Positions 16,307 through 25,877 of a DNA stretch of 39,359 bases are shown piece by piece. The DNA comes from an uncultured Erysipelothrix sp. (GTDB taxonomy: Bacteria; Bacillota_I; Bacilli_A; Erysipelotrichales; Erysipelotrichaceae). Numbering within the stretch: position 1 is the stretch's first letter; every line of letters begins with the position of its first letter. The DNA lies in the NCBI GenBank assembly GCA_964635335.1, contig CAZWPP010000001.1, positions 1 to 39,359 on the forward strand, written 5' to 3'. A program made the translations under genes and the position numbers. The notes beneath the pieces are model-generated. The model was not told the DNA's origin and did not search any database. It saw nothing but the letters and a program-made list of their open reading frames with translations.

Positions 16307-16787
16307 GTAAAATTACAAAAAAGAGCAAGTTTTCTATTAAATAAAAGTGTCTATATTTTAATGTATCTTTGTTAATAATATCTTAATTTAATCAGTTGGA
16401 TACTATCCAAATAAGATAGAAATTTAACCAAGGATACTTTAAACAGATTCTCTCTTAAACAGTAATCTTACTTGTAATATGAGATGTTGTATCATCGAAG
16501 CCTAAAAAGGTGATGTATCTTTTGTGAGGCTGAACAAATTAAAGTATGAATGTTTAAGAATAATCCATTGATAATACAAATTATTAGAAACCTTCTAACC
16601 CATCCTAAAAAAGGGAATCTTTTTGAAGCTATAAGCTAGCATCAGGTAGAGTAGTGGTGTTATCATGTGTCATGATTTTACGAATGTTTCAATTTCATCT
16701 GGTTGTATACACAAGAAAATCAGCGAAAATACAAGATTGTTTTTCATAATGATTTATGCTTATTTTCTTTCAACTGACATTACTTTA

Positions 16788-16796
16788 TGATATTAT
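16788..16796 (+). promoter_or_regulatory. Candidate proximal extended -10 promoter for ftsA
   Basis: TGATATTAT at 16788-16796, about 15 nt upstream of the GGAGG RBS. The -35 is poor. Confidence 0.35.
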
Positions 16797-16820
16797 AAGA
16801 AAGAAGTGAAGGAGGAGCTC

Positions 16821-18059
16821 ATGAGAAAAGAAATATATGCTACTTTGCAAGTTGCAGATCATGAGATACGAATTTTGGTCGGTGAATTACACAATGGCCG
16901 TTTGTATATTCTAAAAGTTGAACGCGTCCCTCACACCTCTATTGTAAATAACGAAATTGTATCACAAACATCTATTGTCGAAGCTATTAAAAAGGCTCTT
17001 GTCAATATTGAAAAGAATGTAAAAATTAAAGTAACTCGTGTTTTATTAGTTGTTCCTTCGTTTAATTTGCAACGAATTAATCGTTCTCTTCATGTTGATA
17101 TTAATGATCCATTAAATAGGATCCTTAAAGATAATATTGAGAATCTCTATCGTTTAGCACTGAATCAAAAACCAGTAGAGAATATGGAATTAATAAATGC
17201 TGAAATTTATCGTTATAAAGTAAATGGTGTGCATGTCTATAAAGTTCCGCTGAATGAAAAGGCGGGGCGTTTATTTGCTGAAGCAGACCTCTACTATGTC
17301 AATAGAAACATCGTTTATCAACTAGCAAGTATTGTTGAACAATCAGGGTTAGAAATTCTTGATGTTTGTGTTGATCAAATAGCAGTTGGAAAAGAAGCAT
17401 CTCTTTATGATGTAAACAATCAACAATATATTGTTGCTATGCAAGTTGAAAGACAGGCAACAACGTTAGGACTTTTTTATAAAGGCCGTCTGATTCACAG
17501 CGAAATAATCGACGTATCCTTGGAAAAATGGACACAAAAAATAGTTAAGATGTTTGAGATTCCATACGAAGTCGCTGTGAGGTTGATGTTTAATAATATC
17601 GATTTAGACGCTAAGATTGTTCATACTGACCCCATTTGTTTGTGGTCTAAAGAGAAAAAGAACTATACGTGTTCTCAACAAGATTTAATGGATGTTGTTG
17701 GTGAAGACATCAATGAATTTATTGATAAAATTAAAGAAGCATGTCAAGACATCATTTCTACTAATCAAGCTCGATTTGTTCTAGTCGGTGAAGGGTCCAT
17801 GATCAAAGGCATCAGTAATCGTTTAGCGAAAGAATTAAACTGTCAAGTTGACAAGTACTTACCAAGTACATTAGGTGCAAGAGATGGCTCACTAGTCGCT
17901 ATGCTTGGAACTTTCTACAATCATATTGATCACAGAAATTGGCAAGTATACAAACAAGATAGTATTGATGAACACAAAGATTTAGAATTAGTAAAAAATA
18001 AACAAGATGAAAATAACATAACTAAACGATTAAAAACGATTTTTAATCAAAACAAATAG
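16821..18059 (+). CDS. ftsA: Cell division protein FtsA
   Basis: The ATG at 16821 lies 5 nt after GGAGG, whereas the track GTG at 16806 lies inside the RBS. Actin-like ATPase directly upstream of ftsZ, with typical FtsA length and N-terminus (IYATLQVADHEIRILVGE). Confidence 0.9.
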   Translation: MRKEIYATLQVADHEIRILVGELHNGRLYILKVERVPHTSIVNNEIVSQTSIVEAIKKALVNIEKNVKIKVTRVLLVVPSFNLQRINRSLHVDINDPLNRILKDNIENLYRLALNQKPVENMELINAEIYRYKVNGVHVYKVPLNEKAGRLFAEADLYYVNRNIVYQLASIVEQSGLEILDVCVDQIAVGKEASLYDVNNQQYIVAMQVERQATTLGLFYKGRLIHSEIIDVSLEKWTQKIVKMFEIPYEVAVRLMFNNIDLDAKIVHTDPICLWSKEKKNYTCSQQDLMDVVGEDINEFIDKIKEACQDIISTNQARFVLVGEGSMIKGISNRLAKELNCQVDKYLPSTLGARDGSLVAMLGTFYNHIDHRNWQVYKQDSIDEHKDLELVKNKQDENNITKRLKTIFNQNK

Positions 18060-18073
18060 CGGAGGTTATCAGG

Positions 18074-19135
18074 ATGAACAATTTAGATATGTATCAACAA
18101 GTAGCAAAAATAAAGGTATTTGGTATCGGTGGAGCTGGAAACAATGCCATCAATAGAATGGTTGACGACGGTCTTCAAGGTGTTGAATTTTATGTAGCAA
18201 ACACTGACTTGCAAGTTTTAAACGTTTCACTCGTTAAGAATAAATTAATTCTTGGATCTGATGGTTTAGGTGCTGGAGGTAATCCAGAAAATGGCCGTCG
18301 TGCTGCTCAAGAAAGTGAAAATGAAATAAGAGAAGCTGTAAAAGGCGCTGACATGGTGTTTATTACAACTGGTCTTGGTGGTGGTACTGGAACCGGTGCT
18401 GCTCCTTTGTTTGCGAAAGCAGCAAAAGAATCAGGAGCTCTTACCGTTGCTATCGTGACCAAACCATTTGGTTTTGAAGGCAAACGTCGCATGAGTCAAG
18501 CTGAAGAAGGACTTGAACAACTTAGACAATATACAGATTCATTAATTGTTGTTTCTAATAATCAATTATTAGAAGTCATTGGAAGAATTCCTTTCAAAGA
18601 CGCTTTTAAAGAAGCGGATAATGTTTTAAGACAAGGTGTTCAAACGATTACTGATTTAATCGCTGTACCAGCCCTTATTAACTTAGACTTTGCAGACGTC
18701 AAGAGTGTTATGCAAAATCAAGGAACTGCTTTAATTGGTATTGGGATGGCTTCTGGAGAAGACAAAGCAGTTGAAGCTGCTCAAAACGCTATTACCTCAC
18801 CTTTACTTGAAGCACAAATTGAAGGTGCTTCTAAAGCTATCATTAACGTTACTGGTGGTGAATCGATTACTATTTACGATGCCCATGATGCTGTTGAACA
18901 TATTCGACAAAGCGCTGGAAGAGATATTGATATTATCTTTGGGGTCGCAATTAATGAGCAACTCGGTGATGCTATTATAGTTACTGTTATCGCAACAGGT
19001 TTTGAACTTCCTGCTCAACCTGAAAAAGAACCGATTGGATTTAAGACAACAGTAACCAAACACATTGAACCTCAAGAGCTATTTGAAGATACTGAAGAAG
19101 ATAATTCTATTCCTGATTTCTTTAGAAGAAGATAA
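18074..19135 (+). CDS. ftsZ: Cell division protein FtsZ
   Basis: 353 aa with the tubulin signature GGGTGTGAAP, plus GIGGAGNNAINRM and NLDFADV. C-terminal peptide DIPDFFRRR. Confidence 0.98.
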   Translation: MNNLDMYQQVAKIKVFGIGGAGNNAINRMVDDGLQGVEFYVANTDLQVLNVSLVKNKLILGSDGLGAGGNPENGRRAAQESENEIREAVKGADMVFITTGLGGGTGTGAAPLFAKAAKESGALTVAIVTKPFGFEGKRRMSQAEEGLEQLRQYTDSLIVVSNNQLLEVIGRIPFKDAFKEADNVLRQGVQTITDLIAVPALINLDFADVKSVMQNQGTALIGIGMASGEDKAVEAAQNAITSPLLEAQIEGASKAIINVTGGESITIYDAHDAVEHIRQSAGRDIDIIFGVAINEQLGDAIIVTVIATGFELPAQPEKEPIGFKTTVTKHIEPQELFEDTEEDNSIPDFFRRR

Positions 19136-19136
19136 T

Positions 19137-19170
19137 AAAAATCTCATCGATAATCGATGAGATTTATTTA
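19137..19170. terminator. Bidirectional terminator between the convergent ftsZ and namA genes
   Basis: ATCTCATCG-ATAAT-CGATGAGAT hairpin (19141-19163) with an A-run before and a T-run after. It overlaps the namA stop codon. Confidence 0.8.
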
Positions 19171-20174
19171 TATGCACGATAATAAGAGAATGGAATCTTG
19201 TCACTCAAATCGTGTTCTTTAAGCATTTCTAGCATGATAAATGGATTTCTTAGTAGCTCTCTACCTGAAGCGACTAAATCGCAGTAACCGTCCTCTAAAG
19301 CGCTAATAAAGAGATTTGAATCATTAATAAGACCAACACCAATAGTAGGGAGACCTACTTTTTCTTTTATTGTTTTAGATAAGCCAAGTTGATATCCATC
19401 CTTAAGTTCGATCTTAGCACTAATGACACCCCCTGAAGAAACATGGACTAAATCTATCTGGTCCTTAACTTCAAGTAATGCATTAGCAACATCTTCAGGT
19501 TTTAGTCCATCTTCATGGTAGTCAGTCGCTGAAACTCGAATCCATAATTCTTTTTCTTTTGGCCAAACACTATGAATCGTGTCTAAAAGCTTTTTCAAGA
19601 ATAGATTTCTATCAATTCCATACTCATCATTTCTTTGGTTCGATAGAGGACTTAAGAACTCATGGATTAAATAACCATGGGCTCCATGCAACTCAACACC
19701 ATCAAAACCAGCTTTATCAGCTCGAATGACTGCTTGCTTAAATGCTTCAAGAATGTCGTTTATTTCTTCTTTAGACATTTCTTTATAAGGCATATATGCT
19801 TGATTTGACTCAACAACTGATGGAGCAAAATGCTCAGTGTTTTTAGTCGTTGATTTGCGACCAGCATGAGATAATTGAATCGCTATTTTTGATCCTTGTT
19901 CGTGAACTGCATCAACAATTTTTTTAAGAGGTTCAATTTGTGAATCATCCCATAAACCTAAATCATTGTCAGTGATTCTACCATTAGGAGTAACACCGGT
20001 AGCCTCAACAATTATTAAACCAACTTGTCCAATTGCTCGTGTAACATAGTGTGCAAAATGAAAGTTAGTCGCAAGTCCATCTTCATTGTGGACTTGGTAC
20101 ATACACATTGGTGCCATTACCAATCTATTTTTAAGTGTCATTGTTCGTAAAGAATAGTCGTTAAATAATTTCAT
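19164..20174 (-). CDS. namA: NADPH dehydrogenase, Old Yellow Enzyme family (YqjM/NamA type)
   Basis: 336 aa. N-terminus LKNRLVMAPMCMYQ plus HGAHGYLIHEFLSP, characteristic of YqjM-class OYEs. RBS AAGGAGGAAAAA. Confidence 0.9.
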   Translation of the reverse strand: MKLFNDYSLRTMTLKNRLVMAPMCMYQVHNEDGLATNFHFAHYVTRAIGQVGLIIVEATGVTPNGRITDNDLGLWDDSQIEPLKKIVDAVHEQGSKIAIQLSHAGRKSTTKNTEHFAPSVVESNQAYMPYKEMSKEEINDILEAFKQAVIRADKAGFDGVELHGAHGYLIHEFLSPLSNQRNDEYGIDRNLFLKKLLDTIHSVWPKEKELWIRVSATDYHEDGLKPEDVANALLEVKDQIDLVHVSSGGVISAKIELKDGYQLGLSKTIKEKVGLPTIGVGLINDSNLFISALEDGYCDLVASGRELLRNPFIMLEMLKEHDLSDKIPFSYYRAYK

Positions 20175-20251
20175 TTTTTCCTCCTTGTTTATTATACAAT
20201 ATTTTAGGAAAGAATTGTATTATTTACTATTCAATAGCAAGGAGGTGAATC

Positions 20252-20371
20252 ATGGGAACAGTCGTCATTGGTTTAGGTGTTGTAGCTGGAACAGCAGCAA
20301 TCTACAAAATTTTAATGTCTAAGTCCGGTTCTTTATCAATATTTACGTTTCGTTTCAGTTGGGGAAATTAG
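20252..20371 (+). CDS. Unannotated small hydrophobic peptide (39 aa)
   Basis: Not in the ORF track. AAGGAGGTGAATC precedes the ATG. Sequence is MGTVVIGLGVVAGTAAIYKILMSKSGSLSIFTFRFSWGN, with one predicted TM helix. It ends 20 nt before radC. Confidence 0.45.
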   Translation: MGTVVIGLGVVAGTAAIYKILMSKSGSLSIFTFRFSWGN

Positions 20372-20391
20372 CTCACTAGTTAGGATAGTTA

Positions 20392-21084
20392 ATGAAAATA
20401 AAAGAATTACCTGTAAATATTCGTCCACGTGAAAAAGCATCTTTATACGGTGTAGATTCATTAACCGATCATGAATTACTGATGTTAATTCTACGTCATG
20501 GTAATAAACAAAGTACAGTCCATGATATTGCCCATCAAGTTTTAATTCGTAGTGATGGGTTATCAGCACTTGGATTTATGTCACAAGAAGATTTTATGAT
20601 GATTCCTGGTATCAAACAAGCAAAAGCTTTAGAGTTAATGGCTGTCTTAGAATTATCAAAAAGAATGGGGAGGGCTTCAACAAAAAACTTATCAGTGATG
20701 GAAAATTCTAAAGGAATTGTAAATTGGTTACAACATGAGATTGGCTATGAAAAACAAGAATGCTTTCTCGTTATTCTTCTTAATGTAGCTCAACACATAA
20801 TTGCTCACGAAATAATATTTAAAGGAACATTAGATAGATCACTCGTTCATCCTCGAGAGATATTTAATTTAGCAGTTAAACATCACGCAGCTTCATTTAT
20901 TGCGGTCCATAATCATCCAGCAGGAACATTGATTGCAAGTGATATGGACATCATTGTTACACAATCACTTCAAGAAGCTGGAAAGATGATGGGAATTCCT
21001 CTTATTGACCATCTCATTGTAACCAAAAGTGGTTACCTTAGTATTTTACATCAATTTAATCAGTTTCAAATGGAAGACTCGTAG
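20392..21084 (+). CDS. radC: RadC-like JAB/MPN domain protein (UPF0758)
   Basis: 230 aa with N-terminal helix-hairpin-helix-like region LTDHELLMLILRHG and JAMM motif AVHNHPAGTLIASDMD. It sits upstream of mreC, as in Bacillus. Confidence 0.9.
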   Translation: MKIKELPVNIRPREKASLYGVDSLTDHELLMLILRHGNKQSTVHDIAHQVLIRSDGLSALGFMSQEDFMMIPGIKQAKALELMAVLELSKRMGRASTKNLSVMENSKGIVNWLQHEIGYEKQECFLVILLNVAQHIIAHEIIFKGTLDRSLVHPREIFNLAVKHHAASFIAVHNHPAGTLIASDMDIIVTQSLQEAGKMMGIPLIDHLIVTKSGYLSILHQFNQFQMEDS

Positions 21085-21135
21085 TTCTTCCATTTTTTAG
21101 TGTTGTGACTTATAATGTTTAAAGATAGGTGGCTT

Positions 21136-21978
21136 ATGATCAAAAAAACAAAACTCAACAAATTTCTTAAAATCGTCTTAATTATGGTAGTTGGTCTTAC
21201 TATCTTTTTTCAAGTGATAAAGCCAACCTCTGCTTATCAACAAGCAGATCTATTCTTTTACACAACACTCTCACGCGTTAAGTATATGTTTATTGATAAT
21301 CCAATAAATGTTATTAAAAACACTGTTAACGATTATGTTTCTTTAAGTACAACGTATCAAGAAAACAAAAAACTTAGAGAAAACATGGTTGAAGCCCAAC
21401 GACTCATCGATTTACTGAGTGAATCACGTCGTGATAATTTAGAGCTTAGAGAATTATTGGACTTACGAGAAACGATGACTCAAAACAGAGAAATAGTTGC
21501 TCAAGTCGTTAATCGCAATGCCCAATCCTTCAATGAAAGTGTCTTAATTGATGTAGGAGAAAATGCTGGCATTAAGCAACACATGGCCGTAATTACTCCA
21601 CAAGGACTAGTGGGACAAATCAGTAAGGTCGATGAAAATACATCGGTAGTTAAGTTATTATCATCGCAAACGGGCCTTAATCAGTTTGCTTTAAAAGTGG
21701 TTATTGATGAATCAACAACCGTTGAAGCACTGCTAGAATCCTACAATCCACAAACCAATACGTATTCAGTTCGTTTATTAGATTCAACAACTGCAGTAAC
21801 TGTAGGATCAAAAGTAATCACCTCAGGGTTAGGAAAAATTATCCCTAGTGGAATTAGTGTAGGTGAAATAACGGAAATAACTCAATCGCAGGCAAGTTTT
21901 TCAGTAATCTTGAAAGTAAAACCAACGGTTAATTTTTCTAACTTTAATTATGTTATGGTGGTAAGTAAGGATGATTAA
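21136..21978 (+). CDS. mreC: Rod shape-determining protein MreC
   Basis: The ATG at 21136 follows AGGTGG (alternative start 21115). N-terminal TM helix, coiled coil (ENKKLRENMVEAQRL) and beta-barrel region GLVGQISKV. Confidence 0.85.
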   Translation: MIKKTKLNKFLKIVLIMVVGLTIFFQVIKPTSAYQQADLFFYTTLSRVKYMFIDNPINVIKNTVNDYVSLSTTYQENKKLRENMVEAQRLIDLLSESRRDNLELRELLDLRETMTQNREIVAQVVNRNAQSFNESVLIDVGENAGIKQHMAVITPQGLVGQISKVDENTSVVKLLSSQTGLNQFALKVVIDESTTVEALLESYNPQTNTYSVRLLDSTTAVTVGSKVITSGLGKIIPSGISVGEITEITQSQASFSVILKVKPTVNFSNFNYVMVVSKDD

Positions 21979-22531
21979 AATAAAGAATAGTATTATTGTT
22001 TTGTTAATTGTCATGATGATTGAAGCTTATATTAATCAATTAATTATGTCGCGTGACTGGTTTAGTTTTTCTACCGAGTCATCACTTTCACTATGTGCAT
22101 TTTATTTATTAGCGTATCGTCACATGAAAAAAGATAAATTTATCCTCGCAGTTGTGATGGGGATTGTTATAGAGTTATCCACTTATGATTCAAACCTCAT
22201 TCCAATAGTTATGAGTATTCTTTTAGCTTATTTTGTCGATAGTATCATTAAGCGTTTTGGTGATTCATTACTTGAGAAATCAGTATCAATGATTTTTACT
22301 GTCCTGTTTTTTCACAGTGGGACTTATCTATTTAAGATTCTCTTTAAAATGATAAAAGTGTCATTCATTCATTTTGCGTCAACAACATTGCTAGTTAATC
22401 TGTTTTTTGCTTTGATAAGTACTTTTTTGTGTTTGTGGTTAGAATTATTGATTGATGATAGAATAATTAAGAAAGATTTAAGAAAAAGAAAACAAAGAGA
22501 GCATATTTCTCTTTTAGATAGGATAAAATAG
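21971..22531 (+). CDS. mreD: Rod shape-determining protein MreD (polytopic membrane protein)
   Basis: 186 aa and very hydrophobic. It overlaps the mreC end by 8 nt. The call rests on synteny plus topology. Confidence 0.65.
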   Translation: MIKIKNSIIVLLIVMMIEAYINQLIMSRDWFSFSTESSLSLCAFYLLAYRHMKKDKFILAVVMGIVIELSTYDSNLIPIVMSILLAYFVDSIIKRFGDSLLEKSVSMIFTVLFFHSGTYLFKILFKMIKVSFIHFASTTLLVNLFFALISTFLCLWLELLIDDRIIKKDLRKRKQREHISLLDRIK

Positions 22532-25057
22532 ATGGAAAAAATACTATTAGTCGATGGGAACTCCCTTGTTTTTAGAGCATACTTTGCGACAATGTCACAA
22601 CGCATGAGCACGAAAGAGGGGCAACCTACCAATGCCGTCTATGGTTTTGCGAACATGATGACCAAAGCATTAGAAATAATCAATCCAAACTATTGTTTGG
22701 TCGCATGGGACACTGGTGACAAAACATTTCGTCATGAACTATTCACAGAATATAAAGGAACTCGAAAAGATGTCGATGAATCATTGATATCACAATTTCC
22801 TTTAGTTCGTAGTTATTTAGATCACTTCGTTATAAAACGATTAGAAATTAGTGGGTATGAAGCAGATGATATCATTGGTTCATTGTCACAAAGATTTAGT
22901 GATAAAAAAGTTGTAATATTAACCTCTGATCGAGATATGCTTCAACTTATTAATGAACATGTTAGTGTATTGCTGATGAAAAAAGGAATATCCGAGATGG
23001 AAGAAGTTAACTTGGAAGTTCTTAAAACAAGTTATGGACTTGATCCCAATCAAGTAATTGAACTTAAAAGTTTAATGGGCGATAGTGCCGACAATATCCC
23101 GGGGATAAAAGGGGTTGGTGAAAAGACAGCCATGAAACTGTTGAATGACTATCAAACCTTAGATGGAATATACCAGCATGTTGATGAACTCAAAGGAAAA
23201 CTTAAAGAAAAAATAGTTGAAGGGCAAGAAATTGCTTACTTAAGTAAAACCTTAGCAACCATCATTACTAATGTTGACATAGACATCGAGTTAGAAGAAT
23301 GTGTCATTGAGAAAGATGATATGTTGCTTAGTAAATTCTTTAGACAATACGATATGAACTCATTATTAAAACGTCTTGAATCTCAGAGTGAAAATAATCA
23401 ACAAACTTTTAGTTTTGAAGAGTTTAATAAATCCTTTGTTAAAGATGACGTTATCATTTGTCCATACGTATTAGAAGGACTTGGATATAGTGCAAAAGTA
23501 GATGGTTTTATTGTTTCCTATGACAAACAAGTCAGCTATATCGATAGTGAAAATGCGTTAACGAACTATCATTTTAAAGAACTCATTAATGGAAATTATA
23601 TGAAGAAAGCAATCTATTCAAAAGAGCTTTTTCATGCCTTAAAGAAAATGGGCTTTGTACCAGCGAGCTTTACTGATGATTTGTTAATCTGTGCGTATCT
23701 TGTTGACTCTAATATCACATCTATCGACAAGTTATTAGATAGTTATCAATTGTGGCCTGAATCAAATGATCGAAAAGACATTCTTTTACATTTATGTCAA
23801 AACGCATCAAAATTGTTTAAATCTCTTCATGATTTCTTAGAAGCAAATGAATTAGAAGAACTCTACGACGAAATGGAATTGCCATTAATTGAAATACTTG
23901 TAGATATGGAAATCGTTGGTATTAAGATAGAAAAAGAAGAACTAATCAAACTATCTGATGAAACACTCGCGATTGTTGATGACTTAACCCAACAAATTTA
24001 TGGTTATGCTGGAAAAGAATTTAATATAAACTCACCAAAACAACTCAGTGTCATTCTTTTTGATGAACTTCAGTTACCATCAAAGCGTAAAAAAAGCACG
24101 GCTGTAGATGTACTTGAAGGTTTACGAAACCAACATCCTATTATCAATTTGATTTTAGATTATCGAAAGTATCAAAAGTTTTATAGTACTTATACTCAAG
24201 GTTTACAAAAATATATAACTGACGAAGGAAGAATTCACACAAGTTTCTCTCAAACAACTGCCCAAACAGGAAGACTAAGTTCTTTAGAACCTAACTTACA
24301 AAATATTTCGGTTCGTGATGAAGAAACGAAACAAATTCGAAAAGTTTTTGTAGCAGACTCGGGATATCAATTTCTTTCAGTTGACTACTCACAAATCGAA
24401 TTGCGTGTTCTTGCGCACATGGCTAATGAAGAGCATATGATTGATGCTTTTAATAATCATGTTGACATCCATACGATGACAGCTCAGATGATCTATGAAT
24501 GTGGATCTGATGATGAGATCACATCTTTAATGAGACGAAACGCAAAAGCAGTAAACTTTGGTATTATTTATGGAATTTCGGATTTTGGTTTATCTGAACA
24601 ATTGTCTATTTCACCATCTCAAGCTCATGAATTCATTAACAACTATTTAGAAGCATTTGATGGAATATCAGACTATATGACCAGTATTGTAGATTATTGT
24701 AGAGAACATGGTTATGTCAAAACTATTTTTAATCGACGTCGTTACATTCCAGAAATAAATGATAAGAATTTTGTAGTGAAACAACGAGCCGAAAGAGCAG
24801 CGATGAATGCACCTATTCAAGGGAGTGCTGCAGATCTTATTAAACTAGCAATGGTTAAAATCAGTGATCAATTAAAGAAAAAACAAGTGGAGTCAAAACT
24901 TGTTTTGCAGGTACATGATGAGCTCGTTTTACTTGTGAAAGATAGTGAGATAGAACAGATCAAAAGGTTAGTAATTGATACCATGAAACATATTGTTAAA
25001 CTCAAAGTACCTCTTGATGTAAGTAGTGGAATTGGTAATAACTGGTACGAGGTCTAA
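22532..25057 (+). CDS. polA: DNA polymerase I
   Basis: 841 aa. 5'-nuclease domain (LLVDGNSLVFRAYFA, GDSADNIPGIKGVGEKTA) and polymerase motifs DYSQIELRVLAH and QVHDELV. Confidence 0.98.
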   Translation: MEKILLVDGNSLVFRAYFATMSQRMSTKEGQPTNAVYGFANMMTKALEIINPNYCLVAWDTGDKTFRHELFTEYKGTRKDVDESLISQFPLVRSYLDHFVIKRLEISGYEADDIIGSLSQRFSDKKVVILTSDRDMLQLINEHVSVLLMKKGISEMEEVNLEVLKTSYGLDPNQVIELKSLMGDSADNIPGIKGVGEKTAMKLLNDYQTLDGIYQHVDELKGKLKEKIVEGQEIAYLSKTLATIITNVDIDIELEECVIEKDDMLLSKFFRQYDMNSLLKRLESQSENNQQTFSFEEFNKSFVKDDVIICPYVLEGLGYSAKVDGFIVSYDKQVSYIDSENALTNYHFKELINGNYMKKAIYSKELFHALKKMGFVPASFTDDLLICAYLVDSNITSIDKLLDSYQLWPESNDRKDILLHLCQNASKLFKSLHDFLEANELEELYDEMELPLIEILVDMEIVGIKIEKEELIKLSDETLAIVDDLTQQIYGYAGKEFNINSPKQLSVILFDELQLPSKRKKSTAVDVLEGLRNQHPIINLILDYRKYQKFYSTYTQGLQKYITDEGRIHTSFSQTTAQTGRLSSLEPNLQNISVRDEETKQIRKVFVADSGYQFLSVDYSQIELRVLAHMANEEHMIDAFNNHVDIHTMTAQMIYECGSDDEITSLMRRNAKAVNFGIIYGISDFGLSEQLSISPSQAHEFINNYLEAFDGISDYMTSIVDYCREHGYVKTIFNRRRYIPEINDKNFVVKQRAERAAMNAPIQGSAADLIKLAMVKISDQLKKKQVESKLVLQVHDELVLLVKDSEIEQIKRLVIDTMKHIVKLKVPLDVSSGIGNNWYEV

Positions 25058-25058
25058 T

Positions 25059-25877
25059 ATGCCAGAGTTACCAGAAGTTCAAACAGTACTTGATACATTG
25101 GCGAATCAAATAAAATTAGATACAGTTATTGATATTGAAGTTCATTATGACAACATTGTTAATGGAGATGTTCAAGAATTTAAACAACAATTATTAAATC
25201 AACAGTTTTTAGAATTTCATCGACGTGGAAAGTTTCTTATTTTTAAAATGACTTCACTTTATCTCATTGTTCATTTAAGAATGGAAGGTAAATTCTTTAT
25301 TACAGAACAAGAAGTTCAAAATAAACATGTTCATGTTACCGTTAAACTTAAATCGAATCGGTATTTAAGCTATCATGATGTCAGAAAATTTGGACGTTTG
25401 GAAATCGTTAGCAACTTAACTGATTCATTATCCTTAAATCGTTTGGGTTTAGAGTATAATGATTCAAGATTAACAAGTCTTTACTTGCGAGAAATATTTA
25501 GTAGTAAATCTATTGCGATAAAAACGGCACTTCTTGATCAAAGTATTATCACTGGAATTGGTAATATATATGCTAATGAAATCTTATTTGATTCAAAGAT
25601 TAATCCCAACACCAAATGTAATCAACTAAGTAAAGCTAAATGTCAAAGAATAATTGACTCTACACGAAAGATATTAAGTGAAGCAACGACAATGGGTGGC
25701 ACAACTATTCGCTCTTATACATCCTCATTAGGGGTGACAGGACTATTTCAACAAAAGTTGATGGTCCATCAACAAGCAATCTGTAAAATTTGTCAAAACC
25801 CAATTACCAAAATCAAAATCAATACAAGAGGTACATACTATTGTCAACAATGTCAAAAGCAAAGAAAAAAAGTATAG
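25059..25877 (+). CDS. mutM: Formamidopyrimidine-DNA glycosylase
   Basis: The track ORF was trimmed to MPELPEV (ATG at 25059, 1 nt after the polA stop). C-terminal zinc finger CKICQNP..x16..CQQC. Confidence 0.95.
   Translation: MPELPEVQTVLDTLANQIKLDTVIDIEVHYDNIVNGDVQEFKQQLLNQQFLEFHRRGKFLIFKMTSLYLIVHLRMEGKFFITEQEVQNKHVHVTVKLKSNRYLSYHDVRKFGRLEIVSNLTDSLSLNRLGLEYNDSRLTSLYLREIFSSKSIAIKTALLDQSIITGIGNIYANEILFDSKINPNTKCNQLSKAKCQRIIDSTRKILSEATTMGGTTIRSYTSSLGVTGLFQQKLMVHQQAICKICQNPITKIKINTRGTYYCQQCQKQRKKV

Noticed and set aside
16665-16790. 41-aa ORF (MCHDFTNVSISSGCIHKK...) in the ftsA upstream spacer, and a 27-aa ORF at 16292-16375
   Set aside because: The RBS is weak or absent, the composition is AT-driven, and the second ORF overlaps the tRNA-His promoter. 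I considered a DivIB/FtsQ remnant but saw no supporting similarity.
18307-19075. ORFs overlapping ftsZ (18307-18492 minus, 18735-18980 plus, 18803-19075 minus)
   Set aside because: They are off-frame or antisense to an unambiguous FtsZ coding sequence, and they carry no motifs or translation signals.
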